DNA of 64,000 bases, from contig CBDCGL010000011.1 in NCBI GenBank assembly GCA_965216755.1, positions 3,200,001 through 3,264,000 on the forward strand. The letters are read 5' to 3'. Below, piece by piece: positions 42,191 to 54,164 of this stretch (the first letter of the stretch is position 1; each line of letters opens with the position of its first letter). This DNA comes from Alphaproteobacteria bacterium. GTDB lineage: Bacteria > Pseudomonadota > Alphaproteobacteria > UBA7887. Below the pieces are notes generated by a model that saw only the letters and a program-made list of their open reading frames with translations, had not been told where the DNA came from and made no database searches. A program made the position numbers and the translations under genes.

Positions 42191-43720
42191 TTGGTCGCAC
42201 GGTGTAGCACGGTCGCATTACAAGGTGTCGGCGTGGTCGACGTCGACGTGCAAGTACAGTTGGCATCCGGCCTACCGGCCTTCACGGTCGTCGGCCTGCC
42301 GGACAAGGCGGTCGCCGAATCGCGCGAACGGGTGCGCGCCGCACTGGGTGCCATGGGACTGGCGTTGCCGCCAAAACGCATTACGGTCAACTTGGCGCCG
42401 GCCGGCCTGATCAAGGAAGGCAGTCACTATGATCTGCCCATTGCCATCGCCATCTTGGTCGCCATGGGCGCTTTGCCGGGCGACGAAGTCGCCGGATATG
42501 TGGCGCTCGGCGAACTGGCGCTCGACGGCCGCGTGCTTTCGGTGCCGGGCGTGCTGCCGGCGGCGATCAACGCCAGTGCCAGCGACCGCGGCGTGATCTG
42601 CCCGGCCGCCCAAGGCGGCGAAGCGGCGTGGGCCGCCGGCATCGAGATTTTGGCGCCCGAATCGTTGATTGCCCTGGTCAACCATTTCAAAGGCACGCAG
42701 GTGATATCGCCGCCTGCCCCGAAGATCGTCGATCGTCCGTGTATTTACGGCGACATGGCCGATATCAAGGGTCAGGAAACCGCCAAGCGCGCCTTGGAAG
42801 TGGCGGCGGCGGGCGGCCACAATGTGCTGTTCATCGGCCCACCGGGCGCGGGCAAGTCTATGCTCGCCGCCCGACTGCCGGGTCTTCTGCCGCCATTGCG
42901 CCCGGAAGAGGCTTTGCAGGTGACCATGATCGCCAGCGTTGCCGGCACACTGGCCGACGGCGGCTTGCTGCGCATCCGCCCCTTTCGCGACCCCCATCAC
43001 AGCGCCTCGAATGCAGCCATGATTGGCGGCGGTCCACGGGCCAAACCCGGCGAAGCCTCGTTGGCGCATTTGGGCGTGTTATTTCTCGACGAGCTGCCGG
43101 AGTTCGCGCGCCCTGTGCTGGAATCCCTGCGCCAGCCGCTGGAAACCGGCACGGTCACCATCGCCCGCGCGCATGCCCATGTGACATACCCCGCCCGTAT
43201 CCAGTTGGTCGCGGCGATGAACCCGTGCCGGTGCGGATATCTGGGTGATCCGGATCAAGCCTGTCGGCGGGCGCCCCATTGCGCGATCGACTATCAATCA
43301 AGGCTGTCCGGGCCGCTGTTGGATCGGATTGACCTTCACGTTGAAGTCCCTGCCCTGTCCGGCGCGGACTTGACACTGCCACCGGCCACCGAAGGTTCCG
43401 CCGAAATCGCCGCGCGCGTCGCCGCTGTCCGCGAACGCCAGGCGGCCCGCTACAACACTGACGGCGACGATAAAACACCGGCGCGCACCAATGCGGAAGC
43501 TGACGGCGACCTTTTGACCAAAGCCGCGACGCCTGATCCGGCCGGGCGTGAGTTGCTCGCCACGGCGGTCGACCGGTTGCATCTGTCCGCGCGCGGCTAT
43601 CATCGGGTGTTGCGGGTCGGCCGCACGTTGGCCGACCTGGATGGCGCAAGCGCGGTCGGCCGGCGCCACATCGCCGAGGCGCTAAGCTACCGGCGGATCC
43701 ACCCGCGCGCGTTTGCTTGA
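42191..43720 (+). CDS. comM: YifB/ComM family Mg-chelatase-like AAA+ helicase
   Basis: VGLPDKAVAESRER, GPPGAGKS, LFLDELPEF, AAMNPCRCG, SGPLLDRID, SARGYHR; TTG start. Confidence 0.92.
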   Translation: MVARCSTVALQGVGVVDVDVQVQLASGLPAFTVVGLPDKAVAESRERVRAALGAMGLALPPKRITVNLAPAGLIKEGSHYDLPIAIAILVAMGALPGDEVAGYVALGELALDGRVLSVPGVLPAAINASASDRGVICPAAQGGEAAWAAGIEILAPESLIALVNHFKGTQVISPPAPKIVDRPCIYGDMADIKGQETAKRALEVAAAGGHNVLFIGPPGAGKSMLAARLPGLLPPLRPEEALQVTMIASVAGTLADGGLLRIRPFRDPHHSASNAAMIGGGPRAKPGEASLAHLGVLFLDELPEFARPVLESLRQPLETGTVTIARAHAHVTYPARIQLVAAMNPCRCGYLGDPDQACRRAPHCAIDYQSRLSGPLLDRIDLHVEVPALSGADLTLPPATEGSAEIAARVAAVRERQAARYNTDGDDKTPARTNAEADGDLLTKAATPDPAGRELLATAVDRLHLSARGYHRVLRVGRTLADLDGASAVGRRHIAEALSYRRIHPRAFA

Positions 43721-43806
43721 GCGGGGCGGATCGAGGCGCCGCTCGCCTTCGACGGACAAGTGCATTACCCTTGCGCCCCCCTTGATCGCAAAGGACTTTG
43801 ATCGGC

Positions 43807-44418
43807 ATGAACCCCCTGCGCCTGGTCATTGCGAGCCTGTTTCTCGGCACCATGGTCGCGCCGGCCGTGGCGCAAGACACGCCGCAGGCGCGTCGGCCCG
43901 AGACGCTTGTGATCGATCCGCCCGCCGGCTGGCATGTCGCGTCGCGCAACCGTGAGCCGGCGATGTCGGTGGTGCACTATGTGCCCGCCGGCGAGGACGT
44001 GAACAATTGGACCGAGTCGATTCAGGCCCAGGTCTTCTATGAGATGACCCATTTCACGCCGGAGGATTTCCTGGCCAATCTGCGTCGGTTGTATGCCGAC
44101 GCATGCCAACCGCTGGATGCCAGTCCGGTTGAATCGCGGATCGCGCGCGGCTATGCGACCGCGGGCCAGGTCTTGCTGTGTGGCCAAACCGGCGCTGATC
44201 AGCCGCGCGGTGAAGTGGCTATGTTCAAGGTGATCTCGGGCGTCAAGGGGCTTTATGTCATTGTCCGGGAATGGCGCGGTGGCCCATTTGATGTTGCAAC
44301 GCCACCCTTGGATGACGACATCATGGCCGACTGGGTGAGCTTTTTCGGCACCGTCCAACTGTGCGACGACATCAACCCAGAGGCGCCATGTGAACTGACG
44401 CCGGCGCCGACCGAATAG
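43807..44418 (+). CDS. Hypothetical exported protein
   Basis: Signal peptide ending AVA-Q, host-like codon usage, four Cys; no family recognised. Confidence 0.75.
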   Translation: MNPLRLVIASLFLGTMVAPAVAQDTPQARRPETLVIDPPAGWHVASRNREPAMSVVHYVPAGEDVNNWTESIQAQVFYEMTHFTPEDFLANLRRLYADACQPLDASPVESRIARGYATAGQVLLCGQTGADQPRGEVAMFKVISGVKGLYVIVREWRGGPFDVATPPLDDDIMADWVSFFGTVQLCDDINPEAPCELTPAPTE

Positions 44419-44427
44419 CCGTTTGGC

Positions 44428-44793
44428 CTATCGCTCCCGCGGTCGGATGCCGCCAAGGCGCCGGCCGCCCAGCACATGCATGTGGAAGTGCGGCACTTCT
44501 TGGCCGCCATCGGAACCCGTGTTGGTGACGGCCCGATAGCCGGACTCTGCCACGCCATGTTCGCGCGCGATTCGACCGACGGCGCGGAAGAAGGCCGCGA
44601 TCTCTGCGTCCGACGCGGTGGCGGTAAAATCATCCATTGATTCATAGGCGCCTTTCGGGATCACCAACACGTGCACGGGCGCCAGTTCAGCAATATCGTG
44701 AAATGCCAAGACATGCTCATCTTCATAGACCGTCTTGGCGGGAATTTCGCCGCGCAAGATCTTGGCAAAGACATTGTCGTGATCGTAGGCCAT
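44428..44793 (-). CDS. Histidine triad nucleotide-binding protein
   Basis: FAKILRGEIP, GQEVPHFHMHVLGG. Confidence 0.93.
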   Translation of the reverse strand: MAYDHDNVFAKILRGEIPAKTVYEDEHVLAFHDIAELAPVHVLVIPKGAYESMDDFTATASDAEIAAFFRAVGRIAREHGVAESGYRAVTNTGSDGGQEVPHFHMHVLGGRRLGGIRPRER

Positions 44794-44829
44794 CGGGCTC
44801 CACTCCCTCTGCTGATGGCGCGCCGGGCG

Positions 44830-45192
44830 TCAGCCGCTCTGTCCGGTGCCCGGCGCGGCACCCCGCCGGCGTTTCTCATCCAAGCCCGAGACGCCTTCGC
44901 GCGCAGCCAACGCCGCCAACACATCTGCCGGCTTGATCCCTTGGTCCGCCCACATGATCATCAAGTGAAACAGCAAATCCGCGCTTTCCGCGATCACCGC
45001 GGCGCGATCCTTCGCGGTGGCCGCAATCACTGTTTCGATCGCTTCCTCGCCGACTTTTTGGGCGATCTTCGTGATACCCTGGGCGAATCGCCGGGCGACA
45101 TAAGATGTCTGCGGATCACCGTCTTTACGCGACTCGATGACCGCATAAAGGCGCGCGATGATCTCGGCGTCGGTGGGCGTGGAATCAGCCAT
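44830..45192 (-). CDS. hisE: Phosphoribosyl-ATP diphosphatase
   Basis: SYVA, KVGEEAIE, ESADLLFH, REGVSG. Confidence 0.93.
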   Translation of the reverse strand: MADSTPTDAEIIARLYAVIESRKDGDPQTSYVARRFAQGITKIAQKVGEEAIETVIAATAKDRAAVIAESADLLFHLMIMWADQGIKPADVLAALAAREGVSGLDEKRRRGAAPGTGQSG

Positions 45193-45568
45193 AGAGCGTG
45201 TCCGGATCCACCATTGGCGCGGCAATATCGACAAAGCCGCCATCGCGCGCGGCCCGGTAAAAGCAACTGCGGCGGCCGGTATGACAAGCGACGCCGGTCT
45301 GGTCGACCAAGGCCAAAGCCGTATCGCCGTCGCAATCCAAGCGCAACTCGACCAATCGTTGAACCTGGCCGGATTGTTCTCCCTTGCGCCACAGCCGGCC
45401 GCGACTGCGCGACCAGTAGCACAGGCGGCCGCTGGCTAAGGTTTCGTCCAATGCCGCGCGGTTCATCCACGCCATCATCAGCACCTCGCCCGTGTCGTGC
45501 TGCTGCGCGATCACCGGCAGCAGGCCGGCCTGATCAAACTTGACACGGTCTTTCACGTTCTCATTCAT
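45185..45568 (-). CDS. hisI: Phosphoribosyl-AMP cyclohydrolase
   Basis: YWSRSR..WRKGEQSG, DCDGD, ACHTGRRSCF. Confidence 0.95.
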   Translation of the reverse strand: MNENVKDRVKFDQAGLLPVIAQQHDTGEVLMMAWMNRAALDETLASGRLCYWSRSRGRLWRKGEQSGQVQRLVELRLDCDGDTALALVDQTGVACHTGRRSCFYRAARDGGFVDIAAPMVDPDTLYG

Positions 45569-45614
45569 CGCTTTCTCTCTATGCCCGCAGCCTGCCACTA
45601 TAGCCGCTGGTCAC

Positions 45615-46373
45615 CTACATGCGCACCGGCACGCCATGGGCCCGCATGTGGGCTTTTGCTTCCGCGATCGCATAGGTGCCAAAATGAAATATCGATGCCG
45701 CCAAGACGGCGCTGGCATGGCCCTCTCGGACTCCGTCGACCAGATGATCGAGGGTGCCAACCCCGCCTGAAGCGATCACCGGAATGCGCACGGCGTCGGC
45801 AATCGCCCGGGTCAACGCGATGTCAAACCCCTGTTTGGTGCCGTCGCGATCCATCGAGGTCAGCAGGATTTCGCCGGCGCCATGGTTTTGCATGCGCCGT
45901 GCCCACCCGATCGCATCGATGCCCGTGCCGGTGCGTCCACCATGGGTGAAGATTTCGAACGTGTAGGGCCCGGTTTGCTTGGCATCGATCGCCACGACCA
46001 CACATTGCGAACCAAATTTGGTCGCCGCGTCACGGACAAAGTCCGGGTTTTTGACCGCCGCCGTGTTGATCGACACCTTGTCGGCGCCGGCCACCAGCAA
46101 GCGGCGAATGTCTTCCAGGCCGCGGACACCGCCGCCGATGGTCAGCGGCATGAAGCACTGCTCGGCAGTGTGGCGCGCGACGTCCAGAATAATATCGCGA
46201 TTGTCGCTGGACGCGGTGATATCGAGAAAACAGAGTTCATCGGCGCCTTCGCGGTCGTAAACCTTGGCTTGCGCCACCGGATCACCAGCGTCGACCAAAT
46301 TGACAAAGTTGACTCCCTTGACGACACGGCCGTCCTTGACGTCCAAACAGGGTATGACGCGCACCTTGAGCAT
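45615..46373 (-). CDS. hisF: Imidazole glycerol phosphate synthase cyclase subunit
   Basis: [28 protein letters not shown]. Confidence 0.97.
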   Translation of the reverse strand: MLKVRVIPCLDVKDGRVVKGVNFVNLVDAGDPVAQAKVYDREGADELCFLDITASSDNRDIILDVARHTAEQCFMPLTIGGGVRGLEDIRRLLVAGADKVSINTAAVKNPDFVRDAATKFGSQCVVVAIDAKQTGPYTFEIFTHGGRTGTGIDAIGWARRMQNHGAGEILLTSMDRDGTKQGFDIALTRAIADAVRIPVIASGGVGTLDHLVDGVREGHASAVLAASIFHFGTYAIAEAKAHMRAHGVPVRM

Positions 46374-46381
46374 GGTCGTCG

Positions 46382-47110
46382 TTACGCGGCCACGGCGGCG
46401 GCCGGCGCGATGCCGCCATCATAAAGCGCGCGGCCGACGACGACGCCGGCCAGCCCCTGGTGAGCGCGGGCTTTCAGCGCGCGAATGTCATCCAACGCAC
46501 GCACCCCGCCCGACGCGATCACCGGTGTCGACAGCACCGCCGCCAACGCGGCTGTCGCCTCGACATTGACACCAACCATCGCCCCGTCGCGGCCGATATC
46601 GGTGTAGATGATCGCGGCGACACCGGCGTCTTCGAAACGCAACGCCACGTCATGCACGGACATTTCTGATTGCGCGGCCCAGCCCTCGGTGGCAACAAGG
46701 CCGTCGCGCGCGTCAATCCCAACCGCGACATGACCGGGGAAATGCCGACACGCAGCCTTGACCATTTCGGGTTCGCGCACCGCGACGGTTCCCAAGATTA
46801 CCCGCGCGACGCCACGGGCAAGCCAGTCTTCGATGCGCGCCAAATCGCGGACGCCGCCCCCCAACTGCACATTCATGGTGGTTGCCGACAGGATCGCCGC
46901 GACGGCATCGCTGTTGACCGGCGCGCCGGCAAAGGCGCCGTTCAGGTCGACCACATGAAGCCAGGTAAAGCCTGCGTCTTCAAAGACTTTGGCCTGTGCG
47001 GCCGGACTGTGCGAAAAGACCGTCGCCTGATCCATATCGCCGCGCAGCAAGCGCACGCAATCGCCGTCTTTCAAGTCGATCGCCGGATAGACCGTAAACA
47101 GTGCGGTCAT
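46382..47110 (-). CDS. hisA: ProFAR isomerase
   Basis: [29 protein letters not shown]. Confidence 0.96.
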   Translation of the reverse strand: MTALFTVYPAIDLKDGDCVRLLRGDMDQATVFSHSPAAQAKVFEDAGFTWLHVVDLNGAFAGAPVNSDAVAAILSATTMNVQLGGGVRDLARIEDWLARGVARVILGTVAVREPEMVKAACRHFPGHVAVGIDARDGLVATEGWAAQSEMSVHDVALRFEDAGVAAIIYTDIGRDGAMVGVNVEATAALAAVLSTPVIASGGVRALDDIRALKARAHQGLAGVVVGRALYDGGIAPAAAVAA

Positions 47111-47625
47111 ACCAGGTCTTTCACATAAAAATAGCCAGGGATCATCTGTTCATCGACCAGATGATATTTGTCCAAAGTGCCCCATCGGACATAGCCATTG
47201 CTTTCGTACAGCGCGATCGCCCGTTCCTGGGTGGCACGCACATCCAGGCGTATGACGCGGCGGTCTTGGGCGCGTGCCTCAGCCTCGACCGCGTCAAGCA
47301 ACGACTTGGCGAGCCCATGCCCGCGCGCCCAGGGTGCAACAAAATGAGTTTCGATGGCCGCGCTGAACGTGCCGACCTCAAAACTCGGCGCCGGCGTGAC
47401 CAACTGAACGCTGCCGGCGACGGTGCCGTCCAAGCGGCCCAGGAACAAGATCCGTTCGGGCACCACCAACACGCCCTTCCAATAGATTTCCAAGCGTTGC
47501 CGGGCTGGCGGACGTACCCAGCCGAAGCCGATGCCTTCGCGAATGGCGTCGACCGTGGCATCGCACAAATCGGCCAAATCGCCACGACTGAGCTGGCTTG
47601 CCTTCTCGACCGAGATCTCTGCCAT
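47107..47625 (-). CDS. GNAT family N-acetyltransferase
   Basis: [13 protein letters not shown] acetyl-CoA motif, [10 protein letters not shown]; overlaps both hisH and hisA. Confidence 0.88.
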   Translation of the reverse strand: MAEISVEKASQLSRGDLADLCDATVDAIREGIGFGWVRPPARQRLEIYWKGVLVVPERILFLGRLDGTVAGSVQLVTPAPSFEVGTFSAAIETHFVAPWARGHGLAKSLLDAVEAEARAQDRRVIRLDVRATQERAIALYESNGYVRWGTLDKYHLVDEQMIPGYFYVKDLV

Positions 47626-48266
47626 CACGGACTCCAACGCAGGAAATTGCGGATCACCTTCAAACCGACACGCTGACTCTTTTCGGGGTGAAACTGTGAT
47701 CCCACCATATTGTCGCGCGCGACCATGGCGACAATTGGCCCTTCATAGTCGACGGTCGCGATCACGGCCCGTTCGGCCGCCGCGGCAAATTGATAGCTGT
47801 GCACAAAATAGGCGTGATCTCCATCGGCGATATCTTCGACGATGGCATGGGGGCGCGCAATGCGCAGCGCGTTCCAGCCCATATGCGGCACCTTCAAGGC
47901 CGGATCGGACGGCACGATTTCGGTGACGTCGCCGTCGATCCAGCCGAAACCATCGTGATCGCCATGTTCATGACCGCGCGCAGCCATCAACTGCATGCCG
48001 ACACAGATGCCGAAAAATGGCCGCCCTTTCGCCCGCACCGATTCCTCTAACGCCGCGATCATGCCCGGCACCGCCGTCAGCCCGGCCAGGCAATCGGCGA
48101 ACGCGCCGACACCGGGCAAAACGATGCGTTCGGCGGTGCGCACGACCTCGGCATCGGCGGTGACCGTTATGGCTGTGTTCAGACCACTTTCCGACGCCGC
48201 ACGTTCGAACGCTTTCGCCGCCGATCGAAGGTTGCCTGAGCCATAATCAATAATCGCGACCGTCAC
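47625..48266 (-). CDS. hisH: Imidazole glycerol phosphate synthase amidotransferase subunit
   Basis: [28 protein letters not shown]. Confidence 0.97.
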   Translation of the reverse strand: MTVAIIDYGSGNLRSAAKAFERAASESGLNTAITVTADAEVVRTAERIVLPGVGAFADCLAGLTAVPGMIAALEESVRAKGRPFFGICVGMQLMAARGHEHGDHDGFGWIDGDVTEIVPSDPALKVPHMGWNALRIARPHAIVEDIADGDHAYFVHSYQFAAAAERAVIATVDYEGPIVAMVARDNMVGSQFHPEKSQRVGLKVIRNFLRWSP

Positions 48267-48661
48267 GGCGCCAACGCGTCTTTGTTGGCGATCCGTACGC
48301 CGAGGCGATCGAAAAAGCGTTGTTCGGCGGCATCGCGATCGCTGCCGGCGGCCAAACCCAAATAGGCGTAGCCCTTGCGTGCCAGGTCGATACCGCGCAA
48401 ATCATTGCCATGAAATCCAATAATCGCGCCGATCGCCAAACTGACAGCCGCCGCGACCACTGGATTGACTTCAAGCGCGAGGCTGCCCCATTCAACGGCC
48501 ACGGCCAACGCCAACAGCCCCGCGGCCCACAACCACAAGCGATGATACAATGCCCACAGAAAGCCGAAAACGAACGCTGGCCAGCAGAAGCCTTCCTTCA
48601 CCGACACGATGTCCGCGACCATCGCACCGCCCGGCTTGGCATAGAACGTATAAATACGCAT
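48263..48661 (-). CDS. DUF2628-like membrane protein
   Basis: [23 protein letters not shown]; usual hisB-hisH spacer gene. Confidence 0.75.
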   Translation of the reverse strand: MRIYTFYAKPGGAMVADIVSVKEGFCWPAFVFGFLWALYHRLWLWAAGLLALAVAVEWGSLALEVNPVVAAAVSLAIGAIIGFHGNDLRGIDLARKGYAYLGLAAGSDRDAAEQRFFDRLGVRIANKDALAP

Positions 48662-48667
48662 GGGCCG

Positions 48668-49270
48668 TCACTCGTCGTCGTCGCCCAGCACGCCCTTGGT
48701 TGAGGGCACCTGGTCGGGGCTGCGCGAATCGATGCTGACCGCCGCCCGCAGCGCGCGCGCCAGCGCCTTGTAACACGATTCGACAATGTGGTGGTTGTTG
48801 GCGCCATAAAGGGTTTCGACATGGAGTGTCGCGCCGGCCGCCTGGGCGAAGGCGTGAAACCACTCCTTGAACAGCTCGGTGTCCATGTCGCCCAATTTCG
48901 GACGATCGAACGCCACATGCCAGACCAGGTAGGGGCGGTTCGACAAATCGATCGCGGCCCGGGTCAAGGTTTCGTCCATGGGGATCAATGCCGCGCCATA
49001 GCGCGCGATACCGGCGCGATCGCCCAGCGCTTGCGATATCGCCGAGCCGATGACAATGCCCGTATCTTCGGTGGTGTGATGAAAATCGATATGCAAGTCG
49101 CCTTCCGCGCGCGCAGTCAGATCGATCAGGCTGTGGCGCGACAGCTGTTCCAACATATGGTCAAGAAAGCCGATGCCGGTGGCGATGTCGTAGCGCCCGG
49201 CGCCGTCCAAATTGACCGTCGCCGTAATCCGCGTTTCGCGGGTTTTCCGTTCTACTGTCGCTTTGCGCAT
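48668..49270 (-). CDS. hisB: Imidazoleglycerol-phosphate dehydratase
   Basis: [31 protein letters not shown]. Confidence 0.97.
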   Translation of the reverse strand: MRKATVERKTRETRITATVNLDGAGRYDIATGIGFLDHMLEQLSRHSLIDLTARAEGDLHIDFHHTTEDTGIVIGSAISQALGDRAGIARYGAALIPMDETLTRAAIDLSNRPYLVWHVAFDRPKLGDMDTELFKEWFHAFAQAAGATLHVETLYGANNHHIVESCYKALARALRAAVSIDSRSPDQVPSTKGVLGDDDE

Positions 49271-49350
49271 GCCGCGGTTTCCTTGGCGATACAATCCGCG
49301 ACGGACGCATCCTGATGCGGATCATCGTTAGAATGATTCTTATGAAATGA

Positions 49351-49381
49351 CGCCGGCGCGCCGCGCTGGCGGCGCTTTTTT
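49351..49381 (+). terminator. Terminator-like hairpin plus T6 in the hisB-hslV divergent gap
   Basis: CGCCGGCGC-gcc-GCGCTGGCG followed by GCGCTTTTTT. Confidence 0.35.
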
Positions 49382-49597
49382 ACCAGCTGGGCGACGCCCG
49401 TGCCAGTGCGGCTGGCGAGCGGCGCCGCCTTCACTCTTGAACTAAGTGGCCGAAAGAACAAAATCTAGCGCGGATTGCTCATGTGTCATCGACCCGTGCG
49501 ATCGCGCCGCCACGCCCAACCAGCCCGGTTTTGGGCCATACCGCACAGAACCATCACGAAGCCGGCACCACGCGGTATCGGACATTTGCGAGGAACA

Positions 49598-50164
49598 ATG
49601 CCCAACAATTCATCGAACACCTGGCACGGCACGACCATTTTGTCGGTCCGCAAAGGCAATCACGTCGTGGTCGCCGGCGATGGTCAGGTGAGCTATGGGG
49701 AAACCGTGATGAAATCGAATGCCCGCAAAGTGCGGCGGTTGGGTGAGGGCGGGAAAATACTGGGCGGATTTGCCGGTGCCACGGCCGATGCGTTTACCTT
49801 GTTCGAGCGGTTGGAAGGCAAACTTGAACAACATCCAGGACAATTGACCCGGGCCTGCGTTGAATTGGCCAAGGATTGGCGCACCGACCGCTACTTGCGA
49901 CGGCTGGAGGCAATCATGGCGGTGGCGGATACCGAAACATCGTTGATTTTGACCGGCAATGGCGATGTGCTTGAACCCGAGGATGGCTTGATCGGCATCG
50001 GCTCGGGCGGCAATTATGCCCTGGCCGCGGCCCGGGCTCTAATTGACATTAACGCGCTTGACGCCACGGCCGTGGCCAAAAAAGCGATGGCGATCGCCGC
50101 CGATATATGCGTTTACACCAATGATCGCCTGATCGTGGAAACGCTAGAGACCAAGCCAGGCTGA
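49598..50164 (+). CDS. hslV: ATP-dependent protease subunit HslV
   Basis: Short propeptide then [30 protein letters not shown]. Confidence 0.97.
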   Translation: MPNNSSNTWHGTTILSVRKGNHVVVAGDGQVSYGETVMKSNARKVRRLGEGGKILGGFAGATADAFTLFERLEGKLEQHPGQLTRACVELAKDWRTDRYLRRLEAIMAVADTETSLILTGNGDVLEPEDGLIGIGSGGNYALAAARALIDINALDATAVAKKAMAIAADICVYTNDRLIVETLETKPG

Positions 50165-50188
50165 TTTGACAAAACAAGAAGATAGAGA

Positions 50189-51499
<1,311 letters not shown>

Positions 51500-51508
51500 G
51501 CGGCACCG

Positions 51509-52060
51509 CTATCGCCTGCGCTTGAGCAAGACGTAGAGGGCGCCGTCGCCGCCATGCCTGGGCTGGGCCGGACAAGACGCCACGACGTGGTTGCGCAGGG
51601 GCGGTTGATTGAGCCAACGCGGCACCATGCCGCGCAAAACGCCGATATGGCCGTCGCGGCCGACGCCTTTGCCGGTAATGACCAACACACAGCGATGACC
51701 GGCATCGTGACTGGCGGCGATAAACCGGTTGAGGACAGCGTGCGCCTCAACCTGGGTGTGGTGATGCAGGTCGACACGGGCCGCGATCGGCCACTGGCCC
51801 CGGCGCAGACGCTGGGCGTTGCGCTTGTCGAGGCCCGGGATCGCCCCCCGACCCTGTTCGAACGCCGGCTCGACCGGTGCCGGCGGGGCGATCGGCGGGG
51901 TGGGTCGCCGCACGGAGCGCCGCGCTGGCGCCGCCGGGGGCTCCGCCGCCGACGGTTGTTTGGATTCTGGCTCAAGTCGTCGGTCCGCGCGTGTGGCATG
52001 GCGCCACAACGCCAGATCGTCGTCGCTGAGCACCGGACCCTTGCGGCGCGCGCTAGCCAT
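51509..52060 (-). CDS. Smr/MutS2-domain protein
   Basis: RLRRG..VDLH, LVITGKG, HGGDGALYV; start overlaps the lutC stop by 8 nt. Confidence 0.9.
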   Translation of the reverse strand: MASARRKGPVLSDDDLALWRHATRADRRLEPESKQPSAAEPPAAPARRSVRRPTPPIAPPAPVEPAFEQGRGAIPGLDKRNAQRLRRGQWPIAARVDLHHHTQVEAHAVLNRFIAASHDAGHRCVLVITGKGVGRDGHIGVLRGMVPRWLNQPPLRNHVVASCPAQPRHGGDGALYVLLKRRR

Positions 52061-52730
52061 CGGCATCCACCACCACCACATGGACGCGCCGTGGTCCGTG
52101 CGCGCCGCGCTCAATGGTCAATTCCAGATCGCCGGTGCATGACGGTCCGGTCACCAGGGTAAGCGCGCGCGGCAGACCCTCGTCGATCGCGCGGGTCCGG
52201 TCCCAGACATCGTTCAGCGACGCCCCGATACGGTTGGCCATCAGTACGGCGATGCTGGTGTCGGGCAACAGACTCGCCGCGGCAGGCGCGTTGGGCGCGG
52301 AATACATGACCAAGGAACCGGTTTCGGCAACACCGCCGAACGCCGCCGTCACGCCGACTGGATCCGCTGGCCCCGGCGGATCGCGGCGCACCGTCAAAAG
52401 CGGCGCTTCGTCCCACGGCACCGAATCCAAAAGCGGATCCGGCGCCCGCGCGATTTCCGCCGCCAGGTTGTGTTGGCTCAGATATGCGGCGATCGCGCCC
52501 GGTACATCATGCAAATCGCTGACCCGTGTCACCGTGGCTGTGACCGCTTCGGCCTTGGCGGTGAATTGATCGACGATCGCGCTCGCGGCAACACGCGCAT
52601 GGGTGGGGGCAGGACCGCGCGCCCGCTTGCCGATTCGTTGTTCGACAGCGGCTTGACGATCGCGATCGTTCGCCCTGCTTTTCAAGCTGCGACGGATCGC
52701 CCCCAAAATATCTTCGCGCGCCATGCCCAT
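52053..52730 (-). CDS. lutC: LUD-domain lactate utilization protein C
   Basis: AETGS, SLLP, TGPS.TGD.E..GAHGP. Confidence 0.85.
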   Translation of the reverse strand: MGMAREDILGAIRRSLKSRANDRDRQAAVEQRIGKRARGPAPTHARVAASAIVDQFTAKAEAVTATVTRVSDLHDVPGAIAAYLSQHNLAAEIARAPDPLLDSVPWDEAPLLTVRRDPPGPADPVGVTAAFGGVAETGSLVMYSAPNAPAAASLLPDTSIAVLMANRIGASLNDVWDRTRAIDEGLPRALTLVTGPSCTGDLELTIERGAHGPRRVHVVVVDADG

Positions 52731-52731
52731 G

Positions 52732-54144
52732 TTAGTTTCGCGCCCGCCATCGCGCCCGAAAGGTGGCGCCTTGCGGCGCCGGCATATCGCGGCCGTCAGT
52801 CCAACCGCTGGCGAAAGGCCATGCGCGGAAGCGCCCCCGGCGGCGTCCCAATATTGCCATCACCGCCATCGCCAACCCCGTGACACGGCCGTATAAGACC
52901 GGTCGGGTCGCCAACCAGCGCCAGGCCGCCAAGCCAGCCCGGAACCGCGCCGGCGTCAAATGGCGCGCGAACTCCTGCTGGCGCCAATGGCGCATCATTT
53001 TCGGCAGGGGGATGCGCATCGGACAGACCGATTCGCAGCGCCCGCAGAAAGTCGAGGCGTTGGGCAAATGGGCGCCTTTTTCCAACCCGACCAGCGCCGG
53101 AGTCAACACCGCGCCCATGGGGCCGGGATAAACCCAGCCATAGGCGTGGCCGCCGACGGTGCCATAGATGGGACAATGGTTCAGGCACGCGCCACAGCGG
53201 ATGCAACGCAACATGTCTTGAAACTCGGTGCCGAGCATTTTGCTGCGGCCATTGTCCAAAAGCACCACGTGAAAGGCATCGGGCCCGTCTTGGTCGCCGG
53301 CACGGCGTGGCCCGGTGGTGACCGTGGTGTATGACGCCATTTCCTGGCCGGTGGCGGAGCGCGCCAACAGCCGTACCAGGGTGGTCATGTCTTCCAGCGT
53401 CGGCACCACTTTTTCCAGACTCGCCAAAACGACCTGCGTCTTGGGCAGGGCCTGGGTCAAATCCGCATTGCCTTCATTGGTGACCAACACGGTCGAGCCG
53501 GTTTCCGCGATCAGAAAATTGGCGCCCGTGATGCCGATATCCGCGTCCAGAAACTTTTGGCGCATGATTGCGCGGGCTTCCGCGATCAAGGCGCGGCGCT
53601 CGGTCAACCGTTCGGTCAGGCCGTACTTAGCATGATGTTCGACAAACAGATCGGCGACCTGTTCCTTGGTCTTATGCGCCGCCGGCGCGATCAAATGGCT
53701 GGGCCGCTCCCCCGCCAGCTGGACGATATATTCGCCGAGATCGGTCTCGACCACATCGACGCCATGGTCGGACAAGAAATCGTTGAGTTCGATTTCTTCG
53801 GCGATCATTGACTTGCTTTTGGTCGCCGAACGCGCACCGGCATCGCGGCACAGGCCCAAAACGATGTCGCGGGCCTCGGCGCCATCGCGTGCCCAATGGA
53901 CATGGCCGCCATGCGCCGTGACATTGGCCTCAAAGCGCTCGAGATAAAGATCGAGATGGGCAAGCACGTGGTTCTTGAGATCGCGGCCGGCGTCGCGCAA
54001 ATCTTCGAATTCCGGCATATCGTCGACCGCCAGATGACGGCGTTCGACGAAGCCGCGCTTCATGTTGGTCAGTACGCCCTGCAGATTATCATCGGCCAAG
54101 GCGGCGCGCGCGTTGTGCTTGAAATTCGGCGTGGTGATGTGCAT
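52732..54144 (-). CDS. lutB: Lactate utilization Fe-S protein B (LutB/LldF)
   Basis: KSKSM..EE, ETDLGEYI, NEGN, CIRCGACLNHCP, YPGPMG, CGRCESVCP. Confidence 0.92.
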   Translation of the reverse strand: MHITTPNFKHNARAALADDNLQGVLTNMKRGFVERRHLAVDDMPEFEDLRDAGRDLKNHVLAHLDLYLERFEANVTAHGGHVHWARDGAEARDIVLGLCRDAGARSATKSKSMIAEEIELNDFLSDHGVDVVETDLGEYIVQLAGERPSHLIAPAAHKTKEQVADLFVEHHAKYGLTERLTERRALIAEARAIMRQKFLDADIGITGANFLIAETGSTVLVTNEGNADLTQALPKTQVVLASLEKVVPTLEDMTTLVRLLARSATGQEMASYTTVTTGPRRAGDQDGPDAFHVVLLDNGRSKMLGTEFQDMLRCIRCGACLNHCPIYGTVGGHAYGWVYPGPMGAVLTPALVGLEKGAHLPNASTFCGRCESVCPMRIPLPKMMRHWRQQEFARHLTPARFRAGLAAWRWLATRPVLYGRVTGLAMAVMAILGRRRGRFRAWPFASGWTDGRDMPAPQGATFRARWRARN

Positions 54145-54164
54145 CGCGACGCTTTCTATCGCGC

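Noticed and set aside
49252-49461. His leader peptide / attenuator upstream of hisB
   Set aside because: The His codons are few and scattered, and the T tract is on the wrong strand to terminate his transcription.
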